Assembly (NCBI RefSeq): GCF_055900595.2
Contig: NZ_CM148325.1
Strand: one strand, 5' to 3'
Length of the DNA: 64,000 nucleotides
The translations under genes and the position numbers were made by a program. The stretch's first letter is position 1, and the number at the start of each line of letters is the position of its first letter. Below, in pieces: positions 35,865-46,400 of the stretch. The notes below the pieces were generated by a model. It did no database searches and had not been told where the DNA came from. It saw only the letters and a list, made by a program, of their open reading frames with translations.

Positions 35865-36005
35865 AGCGGGACGCTGAAACGGGAAAGCCCCTCCCGAGGA
35901 AGGGGCCTTAAATAAGGAAAGGGTCATGATGAAGTGGATCATCATCGTGGTGCTCTTAGTCGTTAGCTACCCAGCTTACTAAGACTACCAGGGCGGGGGA
36001 AACCC
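35865..36005 (-). ncRNA. sib: Sib-family antisense sRNA (antitoxin), copy 1; boundaries approximate
   Basis: Inferred from known Sib/Ibs architecture; terminator-like hairpin aagcccctcccgaggaaggggcctt at 35885-35908. Confidence 0.5.
35926..35982 (+). CDS. ibs: Ibs-family type I toxin peptide (MMKWIIIVVLLVVSYPAY)
   Basis: Matches Ibs peptide pattern; RBS aaggaaagg upstream. Confidence 0.8.
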   Translation: MMKWIIIVVLLVVSYPAY

Positions 36006-36189
36006 CGCTCAACCCTCACTCCTGAAAATATGCCTTCACGGTCAGAATGTCAATCCGCAGGCTTTGCAGTCTGCGATCCTGCCAGCAAATATTCTTTGCG
36101 AGTCGTTACGCAATAATCACAGATGAAACTATTTTATCTACGCGTTAGCGATAGACTGCATTCAGGGCAAAAGGAGGTAGGCCGACGAT

Positions 36190-36335
36190 TTCAGCGGGAC
36201 GCTGAAACGGGAAAGCCCCTCCCGAGGAAGGGGCCTTAAATAAGGAAAGGGTCATGATGAAGCTACTCATCATCGTGGTGCTCTTAGTCATTAGCTTACC
36301 GGCTTACTAAGACTACCAGGGCGGGGGAAACCCCG
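36190..36335 (-). ncRNA. sib: Sib-family antisense sRNA, copy 2; boundaries approximate
   Basis: Inferred from repeat architecture. Confidence 0.5.
36254..36310 (+). CDS. ibs: Ibs-family type I toxin peptide (MMKLLIIVVLLVISLPAY)
   Basis: Second repeat unit. Confidence 0.8.
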   Translation: MMKLLIIVVLLVISLPAY

Positions 36336-36519
36336 CTCTACCCTCACTCCTGAAAGTATGCTTTCACAATCAGATTGTCAATCCGCAGGCTTTGTAGTCT
36401 GCGATCCTGCCAGCAAATATTCTTTGCGAGACGTTACGCAATAATCACATGTGAAACTATTTTATCTGCAAGTTAGCGATAGACTGCTTGCATGGCGAAA
36501 GGAGGTAGGCCGCCGATTT

Positions 36520-36665
36520 CAGCGGGACGCTGAAACGGGAAAGCCCCTCCCGAGGAAGGGGCCTTAAATAAGGAAAGGGTCATGATGAAGCTACTCATCA
36601 TCGTGGTGCTCTTAGTTATTAGCTGGCCAGCTTACTAAGACTACCAGGGCGGGGGGAAACCCCGC
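36520..36665 (-). ncRNA. sib: Sib-family antisense sRNA, copy 3; boundaries approximate
   Basis: Inferred from repeat architecture. Confidence 0.5.
36582..36638 (+). CDS. ibs: Ibs-family type I toxin peptide (MMKLLIIVVLLVISWPAY)
   Basis: Third repeat unit. Confidence 0.8.
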   Translation: MMKLLIIVVLLVISWPAY

Positions 36666-36856
36666 TCTACCCTCACTCCTGAAGTTATGTTACTCCACCC
36701 TTATTGTCAATCTGTAAGTCCACGTTCTTGCGGGGCGAATAGCAAAACCCTCTGCGCTTATGGGCCGAATTCTGAAAGTTGCTTTGCCTGCTCTTATTTC
36801 ATTGTTGCAGTCGGTATGATACCGGACCTCAATAATTCTCTAAGAAAGGATTTCTT

Positions 36857-37516
36857 ATGAGCGAACAAATCACGTTTGCCACCAGCGATTTTGCCAGTAA
36901 CCCGGAACCACGTTGCCCCTGCATTTTGCTGTTGGATGTTTCTGGTTCGATGAGTGGTAGACCTATTAATGAACTTAACGCCGGATTGGTTGCCTTTCGC
37001 GATGAGCTGCTTGCCGATTCGCTGGCTTTAAAAAGAGTGGAACTCGGTATTGTGACGTTCGGCCCGGTGCATGTGGAACAACCATTTACCAGCGCCGCTA
37101 ATTTTTTCCCGCCCATCCTGTTTGCCCAGGGCGATACACCAATGGGGGCCGCCATTACCAAAGCCCTGGATATGGTTGAGGAGCGCAAACGTGAGTATCG
37201 AGCCAATGGTATTTCCTATTATCGTCCGTGGATTTTCCTGATTACCGATGGCGCACCAACCGATGAGTGGCAGGCTGCTGCCAACAAGGTGTTTCAGGGG
37301 GAAGAAGATAAGAAGTTTGCCTTCTTTTCCATCGGTGTTCAGGGGGCGGATATGAAGACGCTGGCCCAAATCAGCGTTCGTCAGCCTTTGCCTCTTCAAG
37401 GATTACAATTCCGCGAACTGTTTAGCTGGTTATCCAGTTCGCTGCGTTCGGTTTCCCGCTCCACGCCGGGAACGGAAGTTGTACTGGAAGCGCCAAAAGG
37501 CTGGACGTCAGTGTGA
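36857..37516 (+). CDS. yegL: von Willebrand factor A (vWA) domain protein
   Basis: 219-aa ORF with MIDAS motif DVSGSMSG. Confidence 0.88.
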   Translation: MSEQITFATSDFASNPEPRCPCILLLDVSGSMSGRPINELNAGLVAFRDELLADSLALKRVELGIVTFGPVHVEQPFTSAANFFPPILFAQGDTPMGAAITKALDMVEERKREYRANGISYYRPWIFLITDGAPTDEWQAAANKVFQGEEDKKFAFFSIGVQGADMKTLAQISVRQPLPLQGLQFRELFSWLSSSLRSVSRSTPGTEVVLEAPKGWTSV

Positions 37517-38274
37517 GCTGGCGTCTGGTTTATGCATCAGCCGTTGGAACGTCGCACATCAGCGCTGACTTGTCTTGCCAGGATGCCTGCCAGATGCAGG
37601 TTGCCTGGCTAGAAGACCAGCAGCCATTATTGTCGGTATTTGTCGCTGATGGCGCAGGCAGCGTCTCGCAGGGAGGCGAAGGTGCGAAGCTTGCCGTCAA
37701 TGAAGCGATGGCTTATATATCGCAAAAAGTGCAGGGTGGGGAATTGGAGCTTAATGATGTCCTCGCCACGGATATTGTACTGACTATTCGTCAGCGACTT
37801 TTTGCCGAGGCAGAGGCCAAAGAATTAGCGGTTCGTGATTTTGCCTGCACATTTCTGGGACTGATTTCATCACCTAACGGCACATTGATTATGCAGATTG
37901 GCGATGGTGGCGTGGTGGTAGATTTGGGGCACGGTCTGCAATTGCCGCTCACGCCGATGGTGGGTGAATATGCCAACATGACGCATTTCATTACCGATGA
38001 AGATGCCGTTTCCAGACTGGAAATTTTCACCAGCACTGAGCGTGCGCATAGAGTTGCAGCATTTACGGATGGTATTCAGAGACTGGCGTTAAATATGCTG
38101 GATAATTCTCCGCATGTGCCTTTCTTTACCCCGTTTTTCAATGGACTGGCGTCAGCAACGCAGGAACAACTCGATTTATTACCTGAATTGTTAAAGCAGT
38201 TTTTGTCCAGCCCGGCGGTAAACGAGCGTACGGATGATGATAAAACGTTGGCACTGGCGCTGTGGACAGAATGA
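37513..38274 (+). CDS. yegK: PP2C-family Ser/Thr phosphatase (GTG start overlapping yegL stop)
   Basis: 253-aa [10 protein letters not shown] motif. Confidence 0.85.
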   Translation: MSWRLVYASAVGTSHISADLSCQDACQMQVAWLEDQQPLLSVFVADGAGSVSQGGEGAKLAVNEAMAYISQKVQGGELELNDVLATDIVLTIRQRLFAEAEAKELAVRDFACTFLGLISSPNGTLIMQIGDGGVVVDLGHGLQLPLTPMVGEYANMTHFITDEDAVSRLEIFTSTERAHRVAAFTDGIQRLALNMLDNSPHVPFFTPFFNGLASATQEQLDLLPELLKQFLSSPAVNERTDDDKTLALALWTE

Positions 38275-38338
38275 ACATCGCATGGCGGTTGAAGACAACG
38301 GTTCAACCGCCAGTTTAAGCAATCAATATAATGGCTGG

Positions 38339-38800
38339 CTAGCGAACTAATTTTGCTCTTAGCTCGTCGGCTTCTTCTTTTGGATAGGTGACCAATAAAG
38401 GATCAATGGTATAACCACCGTAAATTTTATCTCCGCGCGTATACATCCAGTCTGAAATATCTTCTTTCTTGATTTTCCACTCCTGGCCATATTCTACGTT
38501 TGTAACAATACCAGGGTCATTGCTTATTATACCAATAAACATGCCGTTAGAATAAGTGACATCCGTGAGCCAGAAATGCTCGGTTTCTCCGCGATCGGTT
38601 ATCGGGGCTTTGACTGCGAAAGTATCAGCATCTTTTTTATTCATAACTTCGATGAATTGATCGGTTTCTTTCCGCGCATGTTGAATGGCGTCAGACATCG
38701 CCTTTTTATCATAACCTCCTGTCACTAACGTATCCGAAATCTCACAATAGCTTGCGGTAGTAAAAAATAGCAGACTCAACATAAGTAATATCTTTTTCAT
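38339..38800 (-). CDS. yegJ: Small exported protein YegJ (153 aa, signal peptide)
   Basis: MKKILLMLSLLFFTTASYC signal peptide. Confidence 0.8.
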   Translation of the reverse strand: MKKILLMLSLLFFTTASYCEISDTLVTGGYDKKAMSDAIQHARKETDQFIEVMNKKDADTFAVKAPITDRGETEHFWLTDVTYSNGMFIGIISNDPGIVTNVEYGQEWKIKKEDISDWMYTRGDKIYGGYTIDPLLVTYPKEEADELRAKLVR

Positions 38801-39000
38801 TTTTTCTCCAGAATCCCTGTGTAGTAAAAGTTAGCAAAAAACCTGTGGAAGTGAATCATTATCAGGTTGGAATTGAATTGTATCCTGATGAAATTGCATT
38901 ATCATTTTTATTCTTGAGTGGGACTCTTCCAATATAGAAATAATTATAATGGACAGTGTTATTATTCATAGAAATATAATATAACTGCCCTTGAAACATT

Positions 39001-40947
39001 ATGAAGACAAATATAAAAGTATTTACATCGACAGGTGAATTGACCACTCTCGGGCGTGAACTGGGCAAAGGCGGCGAAGGTGCGGTTTATGATATCGAGG
39101 AGTTTGTCGATAGCGTTGCCAAGATTTATCACACGCCGCCACCCGCCTTAAAACAGGATAAACTTGCCTTTATGGCTGCGACAGTTGACGCGCAGTTGCT
39201 GAATTATGTCGCCTGGCCGCAGGCAACGCTTCATAGTGGACGAGGTGGGAAGGTTATCGGTTTTATGATGCCGAAGGTTTCAGGTAAAGAACCGATTCAT
39301 ATGATCTATAGCCCGGCACATCGTCGTCAGAGTTACCCTCATTGTGCGTGGGATTTTCTCCTCTATGTTGCGCGCAATATTGCTTCATCTTTTGCTACGG
39401 TTCACGAGCACGGGCACGTCGTGGGTGACGTAAACCAGAACAGCTTTATGGTAGGCCGTGACAGCAAAGTGGTGTTGATTGATAGCGACTCCTTTCAGAT
39501 TAACGCCAATGGAACGCTGCATTTATGCGAAGTGGGCGTGTCGCATTTTACGTCGCCAGAGCTGCAAACCTTGCCATCATTTGTTGGCTTTGAACGCACA
39601 GAAAATCACGATAATTTTGGCCTTGCATTGCTGATTTTTCACGTATTGTTTGGTGGGCGGCATCCTTATTCTGGTGTGCCGCTTATCTCTGATGCGGGTA
39701 ATGCGCTGGAGACGGATATTGCCCATTTTCGTTATGCCTACGCGTCAGACAATCAGAGACGTGGCTTAAAACCGCCGCCACGATCGATTCCGCTATCGAT
39801 GTTACCGGGTGATGTTGCAGCCATGTTTCAGCAGGCGTTCACGGAAAGTGGCGTGGCAACCGGGCGTCCGACGGCAAAAGCGTGGGTTGCGGCACTGGAT
39901 TCTCTACGCCAACAATTAAAGAAATGTACCGTTTCAGCAATGCATGTTTACCCTGGTCATTTAACCGACTGCCCGTGGTGTACACTGGATAATCAAGGCG
40001 TTATCTATTTTATTGATCTTGGCGAAGAGGTGATTACCACCGGCGGTGATTTTGTGCTGGCGAAAGTCTGGGCGATGGTGATGGCGTCAGTAGCACCGCC
40101 AGCACTACAGTTACCATTACCCGATCATTTCCAACCGACTGGCAGGCCGCTTCCTTTAGGCCTGTTACGGCGTGAATACATCATTCTGATTGAGATCGCA
40201 CTGTCAGCGTTATCGCTGTTGCTTTGCGGCCTTCAGGCAGAACCGCGTTATATTATTTTGGTTCCTGTGCTGGCGGCTATCTGGATTATTGGCAGCCTGA
40301 CAAGCAAAGCGTACAAAGCAGAAATCCAGCAACGCCGTGAGGCGTTTAATCGCGCGAAAATGGACTATGACCATTTAGTCAGCCAGATCCAACAGTTGGG
40401 CGGGTTGGAAGGTTTTATCGCCAAACGGACGATGCTCGACAAAATGAAGGACGAAATTCTCGGTTTACCGGAAGAAGAAAAGCGCGCGGTGGCAGCACTT
40501 CACGACACCGCAAGGGAACGGCAGAAGCAGAAGTTTCTGGAGGGATTTTTTATTGATGTTGCCTCTATTCCCGGCGTTGGCCCTGCGCGTAAAGCGGCGT
40601 TACGGTCCTTTGGTATTGAAACGGCGGCAGACGTTACCCGACGGAGCGTTAAGCAAGTTAAAGGTTTTGGTGATCATCTGACCCAGGCGGTTATTGACTG
40701 GAAAGCGAGTTGCGAACGCCGTTTTGTGTTCAGGCCGAATGAAGCGATAATGCCAGCAGACAGACAAGCGGTAATGGCGAAAATGACCGCCAAACGACAT
40801 CGGCTGGAATCGGCGTTGACTGTCGGCGCGACAGAGTTGCAGCGATTCCGCCTTCATGCTCCTGCACGGACCATTCCGTTGATGGAACCATTACGTCAGG
40901 CAGCGGAGAAACTGGCTCAGGCGCAGGCTGATTTAAGCCGCTGCTGA
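39001..40947 (+). CDS. yegI: Eukaryotic-like Ser/Thr protein kinase with central TM segments and a C-terminal helix-hairpin-helix-like motif
   Basis: 648-aa ORF; glycine-rich loop LGKGGEGAVY; hydrophobic stretch YIILIEIALSALSLLLCGL...; C-terminal IPGVGPARKAALRSFGIETAADV. Confidence 0.88.
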   Translation: MKTNIKVFTSTGELTTLGRELGKGGEGAVYDIEEFVDSVAKIYHTPPPALKQDKLAFMAATVDAQLLNYVAWPQATLHSGRGGKVIGFMMPKVSGKEPIHMIYSPAHRRQSYPHCAWDFLLYVARNIASSFATVHEHGHVVGDVNQNSFMVGRDSKVVLIDSDSFQINANGTLHLCEVGVSHFTSPELQTLPSFVGFERTENHDNFGLALLIFHVLFGGRHPYSGVPLISDAGNALETDIAHFRYAYASDNQRRGLKPPPRSIPLSMLPGDVAAMFQQAFTESGVATGRPTAKAWVAALDSLRQQLKKCTVSAMHVYPGHLTDCPWCTLDNQGVIYFIDLGEEVITTGGDFVLAKVWAMVMASVAPPALQLPLPDHFQPTGRPLPLGLLRREYIILIEIALSALSLLLCGLQAEPRYIILVPVLAAIWIIGSLTSKAYKAEIQQRREAFNRAKMDYDHLVSQIQQLGGLEGFIAKRTMLDKMKDEILGLPEEEKRAVAALHDTARERQKQKFLEGFFIDVASIPGVGPARKAALRSFGIETAADVTRRSVKQVKGFGDHLTQAVIDWKASCERRFVFRPNEAIMPADRQAVMAKMTAKRHRLESALTVGATELQRFRLHAPARTIPLMEPLRQAAEKLAQAQADLSRC

Positions 40948-40959
40948 GCCATTTTTCAA

Positions 40960-42312
40960 TTAACGAAACACCACTTCAGCCCAACGTGCCAGCCCGGCGG
41001 TAACCGACCCAAAGTCATCGCCGCCTGCAATCGGAATGCCCGGCAACTGTTCTGCCAGCGCTTTTTTAATCAGCGGGGATCGGGCGCTACCACCAGTCAG
41101 ATAGATGACATCCGGTTTTTCCTGGGCGTTATCCAGCGCCAGTTGCACCTGTTCCAGAATTCGCGCCAGCGGCTGACTGAGGGCGTTTTCCAGCCCTTGT
41201 TGGCTAATCAGTGTTGCCAGCTCATCGCTGATAAACGGCAGCGATGCGCGGGTTTCCGCTGCGCTGGAAAGGGCGATTTTGCTCTCTTCCGCGCTGCGTA
41301 CCAGCCGATAACTTAAACGCTGACGCCAGACTTTCTGTAACAGGGCCACTTTCGCCGGTTCGCGGGCGTCGCGTACCAGGTCGTTAAGCAGACGACCGTT
41401 AGCACTACTGTAGAAATCACTCTGCGCAGGTACATCGTTGATGGCAACCGCATTCCACCACGGCAGAATCGGCAGGGCGATGCCTTTTTCGGTTTCGCCA
41501 CCCATGCCCAGTAACGGCATCAGGTTTTTAAACGCCAGCGCGATATCCAGATCGTTACCACCAATACGGCAACCACTATGACCCAGCAGGCTGGCTTCAC
41601 GATCGAGACGCGAACGCCACTGTGGCCCCATTAGCAGTAAAGAACAGTCAGTCGTACCACCACCAATATCCACCACCAGCACCCGTTTTTCTTCCTGCAA
41701 GGTGGCTTCGTAATCCAGCCCAGCCGCCACCGGCTCGTACTGGAATACCACATCCTTAAACCCGGCACGCTTCGCTGCGCGCTCCAGAATCCCTTGTGCC
41801 TGGGCGTTTGCTTCATCGCCGCCCAGCCCCTGGAAGTTGATCGGGCGACCAATCACCGCCTGGGTAATCGCTTCTGGCAATTGCGCCTGTGCCTGTTGGC
41901 GAATGTGCAGCATCATTGCGCAGACCAGATCCTCAAACAGCGCTACCTGCTGCGGTTTTAAGCCGCTGGCACCGAGGAACGATTTTGGTGATTTCACAAA
42001 CCACACTTCTTCCGGATCATCAATGTATTGTGCCAGTGAAGAAAGACCGAACTGCACGCTTTTCGCCGTGACATCGATATCTTCTTCGCGGTTATAACGA
42101 ATCGCCCGACGCAGCAGCGCCTGCGTTTCATCGTCGTCTGCCGGAACATCATGATGGCGGTACAGCCATTCGCTTACGGCTTCACGCGTTGGCGCGCAAA
42201 GCATTGAAGGCAGCAGCGTGCTGTCGTTTTCCATTTTTAGCAAATGCGGTTTACCGTCACGCATGACCGCCACTGAACAGTTTGCTGTACCGTAATCAAA
42301 ACCAATAAACAC
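40960..42312 (-). CDS. yegD: Hsp70/actin-like ATPase YegD (450 aa, GTG start)
   Basis: FIGFDYGTANCSVAV N-terminus; DIGGGTTD motif; GTG at 42310-42312. Confidence 0.88.
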   Translation of the reverse strand: MFIGFDYGTANCSVAVMRDGKPHLLKMENDSTLLPSMLCAPTREAVSEWLYRHHDVPADDDETQALLRRAIRYNREEDIDVTAKSVQFGLSSLAQYIDDPEEVWFVKSPKSFLGASGLKPQQVALFEDLVCAMMLHIRQQAQAQLPEAITQAVIGRPINFQGLGGDEANAQAQGILERAAKRAGFKDVVFQYEPVAAGLDYEATLQEEKRVLVVDIGGGTTDCSLLLMGPQWRSRLDREASLLGHSGCRIGGNDLDIALAFKNLMPLLGMGGETEKGIALPILPWWNAVAINDVPAQSDFYSSANGRLLNDLVRDAREPAKVALLQKVWRQRLSYRLVRSAEESKIALSSAAETRASLPFISDELATLISQQGLENALSQPLARILEQVQLALDNAQEKPDVIYLTGGSARSPLIKKALAEQLPGIPIAGGDDFGSVTAGLARWAEVVFR

Positions 42313-42445
42313 GAAATAATCCCCATGCCGGTGAAGAAGGGGCGTGACTTTAGCGAAATGTTGCCGTCGCGACAACCGGAATATGAAAGCAAAGCGCAGC
42401 GTCTGAATAACGTTTATGCTGAAAGCGGATAAACAAGGAGAAGCG

Positions 42446-43294
42446 ATGTATACCCTGAACTGGCAGCCGCCGTATGACTGGTCGTGGATATTGGGATTTC
42501 TCGCCGCCCGCGCGGTGAGCGGCGTGGAAACGGTCGCTGACGATTTTTATGCCCGTAGTCTGGCGGTGGGCGAATATCGCGGCGTGGTGACTGCTATTCC
42601 GGATATAGCCAGCCTTACTCTGCACATAAATTTAAGTGCAGGTTTAGAACCTGTTGCCGCTGAGTGCCTGGCGAAAATGAGCCGCCTGTTTGATCTGCAA
42701 TGTAACCCGCAGATTGTTAATGGGGCGTTGGGCGAGTTAGGCGCAGCGCGGCCCGGATTGCGTTTACCTGGTTGTGTTGATGCTTTTGAGCAGGGCGTGC
42801 GGGCGATTTTAGGCCAACTGGTGAGCGTGGCGATGGCGGCAAAATTGACCGCCAGAGTGGCACAGCTTTATGGCGAACGGCTGGATGATTTTCCGGAGTA
42901 TGTCTGCTTCCCCACGCCTCAGCGGCTGGCTGCAGCCGACCCGCAGGCATTAAAAGCGTTAGGTATGCCGTTGAAACGGGCAGAGGCACTGATTCATCTG
43001 GCAAATGCGGCGCTGGAGGGCACCTTACCAATGACAATACCGGGCGACGTAGAACAAGCGATGAAAACGCTGCAAACTTTTCCGGGTATCGGGCGCTGGA
43101 CGGCGAATTATTTCGCCTTGCGCGGCTGGCAGGCGAAAGATGTTTTTCTACCGGATGATTATCTGATTAAACAGCGATTTCCGGGAATGACACCGGCACA
43201 AATCCGCCGATATGCCGAGCGCTGGAAGCCCTGGCGTTCTTATGCGCTGTTGCATATCTGGTATACGGAAGGCTGGCAACCCGACGAAGCATGA
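42446..43294 (+). CDS. alkA: 3-methyladenine DNA glycosylase II
   Basis: 282 aa from MYTLNWQPPYDWSW... Confidence 0.93.
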   Translation: MYTLNWQPPYDWSWILGFLAARAVSGVETVADDFYARSLAVGEYRGVVTAIPDIASLTLHINLSAGLEPVAAECLAKMSRLFDLQCNPQIVNGALGELGAARPGLRLPGCVDAFEQGVRAILGQLVSVAMAAKLTARVAQLYGERLDDFPEYVCFPTPQRLAAADPQALKALGMPLKRAEALIHLANAALEGTLPMTIPGDVEQAMKTLQTFPGIGRWTANYFALRGWQAKDVFLPDDYLIKQRFPGMTPAQIRRYAERWKPWRSYALLHIWYTEGWQPDEA

Positions 43295-43299
43295 CGTTG

Positions 43300-43395
43300 G
43301 TCGCCGGATGCGGTGCGAGCGCCTTATCCGGCCTGGGGAATGAGCGATTTGTAGGCATGATAAGACGCGTTAGCGTCGCATCAGGCAATGGGCAA
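43300..43395. repeat. REP/BIME units
   Basis: gccggatgcggtgcgagcgccttatccggcc and gataagacgcgttagcgtcgcatcaggc. Confidence 0.8.
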
Positions 43396-43403
43396 ACGCT
43401 CCC

Positions 43404-46400
43404 TCAGTTAATCGCGAAATAACTGCTATTCACCAGCAAATCCAACGGTTGGGCATCGGCAATCACATCGCCATAAATCAGATCGACGCCGATGCCAGAA
43501 AGCGTATCCATCACTAAGGGTAAAACAACTGGCCCGGCGATAGTCTTCACCCCGAGTCGCTGAGCGTGCCCCTGAATAATCGTAATCAGCATCTCATCCA
43601 TCAAATTACCCTGCACGCTGGCGCATAGCTCACCGTCAAGTAGCAGGTAATCTGCCATATTCGCTTTCAGCGTGTTGAAAATTTGCAGATCGCGACCCAC
43701 CTGGCTGAGTACGATCCTGCAACCGGCCAGCCGCAGTTTTTGCACGCTTTCTGCGTGATCGATAACCGCTTCTGCCGGAATAATCAGATGTAATAACCGT
43801 GGTTGTAGAGGGCTATTTTCCAGCTGCTCAAGCAGTTCATTCACCAGCGCGGCGCTACTCAAACCGGCAACAGAAAGGGGGAGGGCGATGCTTAAGCCTT
43901 TACTGGCAATCGCTTTTGCGGTCTGCTGGAAAAATTCATGGAATACCCGGCGGTCAAGAGCATGGTTAAGCGCCGGATCACCGAAGCTACGACGAAATGT
44001 TTGTTCATCAAAAATCTCGCCTTCGCAACCCCAGAGTTTTAGTGATATCAACCACAAATTACGCGCTTCCGGGATCCGTGGCGAAGCGACGCCGTGGGCG
44101 ATCATCATCAACTGATTCTCTTTAATCATCCGCCACTGTTCATCAAGCGACATCGCCGCCCGTTCGCTATGTGCGGCAGCTTGCTGTGGTTCGTAAACCG
44201 TCACCCGGCCCCGTCCACCATTTTTGGAGGCATAACAGGCGATATCAGCCTGCGACATCACTTCAACCGCCTGATGATTGTTGTCATCAATCAAGGTAAT
44301 CCCGGCACTGGCACCTACCCGATGTACACGTCCTTCCCATATAAAGTGATAGTCATTCACGGCGCTGATAATGCGTGTAGCGATAAAACGCGCACTTTCG
44401 ACATTACAATCTGGCAGCAGCAGACCAAATTCATCGCCACCGAGTCGCGCAAGTACGTCGCTGGAGCGCAGCATACTCAGCATCAATGATGCCAGTTCGC
44501 GCAGCAAAGCGTCGCCAGCGGCGTGCCCGGCGCTGTCATTCACCGCTTTAAAGCGATCAAGATCGATAAACACCAGGGCATGTCGCTGATGTGTACTGTT
44601 TACCGTTTGCAGCAGGATGCGTAGTTGCTTCTCAAAACTGGCGCGATTGGCGAGATGCGTCAGTGCATCATGGGAGGCGCTGTAGCTCAGCTGGCGCAGC
44701 ATTTTGCGTGATTCGGTGACGTCCTGAATCACCAGAACCGAGCCTATATTGCTGCCGTCCAGAGTACTTAACGGCGTAATACTGTAATGCACGTCGTAGC
44801 TGCCGCCGCTCCGGCAGTGCAACACCACATCTTGTTCAATCGCAGAACGTGAGGTGTCGGCACTGTAAATGTTCTCCATTAATGGCCCGTTGTCGCCAAA
44901 AGTAATATGCAACACCGTCAGGAGCGGAACACCTAACGCTTCTTCCTGCGTCCAGCCGCTCATCTTCTCCGCCACTGGATTCATAAAGGTAATTTTCATC
45001 GCCATGTCAATACAGACCACGGCTTCGCCGATGGAATCCAGCGTAATGTGCAGGCGCTCTTTTTCCTGAAACAATGCCTCGTTAAGCTGTTTCACTTCGG
45101 TCATATCCATATTAATGCCGAGCAGGCGTTCGACTTCGCCTTCTTTATTCAGTACCCGGTTGGCGAGGGCGCGGATATGGCGAATACCGTCTTTCACGTT
45201 AATGCGAAATTCCAGTTTAAAGGGAGAGCGCGATTGCAATGAATCGCGAATTACTTTTTCGGCGTGCTGGCGATCTTCCGGCAGCACGCACTCGTACCAC
45301 ACCTGCCAGTTCGGTTTGATATGCGGAGGAATTTCATACAGCTCGAACATCCGCTTATCCCAGCTAAAAATATTCGGCTTTAGCTCCCACTCCCAGATGC
45401 CAATCCCGCCCGCTTCGTTAGCCAGCGTGATGCGCTCCATCAGTTGCTGGTTCACCTGTTCGGTGCGTTTTAGCTCGTTAATGTCTTCAATCTGAGCGAT
45501 AAAATAGAGCGGCGTACCATCGGTGTGGCGCACCAGTGAGACGGCAAGCAACGCCCAGACAACATCGCCATTGCGGTTGTAGTAGCGTTTTTCCATTGAA
45601 TAGGTGTTTATTTCACCACTTATCAGCTTTTCAACCTGTTGGAGATCTTTATTGAGATCCTCCGGCCAGGTCAGTTGCTGAAAGGTGAGTCCGCGCAGTT
45701 CTTCCTGACTGTAACCGAGAAACTGGCAGAGCGCTTTGTTGGATTGCAGCCATTGCCCCTCGGTGCCCACTAATGCCATGCCGATGGCGGAATATTCCAT
45801 CGCGTTCCGAAAGCGGGTTTCGCTTTCGGAAATGTGTTTGCGTTCCGCACGAAAGGCATACATCACCATCGTCATGATGTTGGCGGGCAGCAGGATCAGC
45901 AAAAACGGTAGCCACGGCATATGGCTCATCAGGTATGTACGCGGCGTAGCAAGCAGGGAGGGATCAGCGGCCATCATCAGTGACACCATCATCACCGTGG
46001 TAAGGAAGATCAAAAAGGCTTCCATTCGTGGCAGGCGCACGGCGCTCCACATCAACAGCACAATAATGAAAGTAAAAGGCCACGGCAGATACAGCATCGA
46101 AAGCCAACTTAACGTCAGTGTGATGGCTAACGTGAGCAGCGACTCAAAAAGCAACCTTGGGTTGCGATGGCGCAGCAGATAGTGTGGTTTAAATAACAAT
46201 CCCAGCGGCACCAGTGCCAGTGCGCCGATGGATTCTGACAGTACCCATATCAAAAATGCCCTGAGAGGATCGTCTCCGGGCGTCAGCAGGACAACCAGAA
46301 CACCCCCTAACAGAGGTGGAACAATGGCGCTACCGAGTGCCAGACGCAGCCAGTCAGCCAGATTTTGCAATGGGTTATACCACGGCAGCAATTTACGCAG

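Larger units (their letters stand above)
35800..36700. repeat. Three tandem ~330-bp ibs/sib type I toxin-antitoxin repeat units
   Basis: Near-identical units each containing a 18-aa ibs ORF and conserved flanking hairpins. Confidence 0.9.

Noticed and set aside
35800-36700. Tandem repeats considered as a possible CRISPR array
   Set aside because: Units are ~330 bp, each encoding an Ibs peptide; no short repeat-spacer periodicity and no cas genes.
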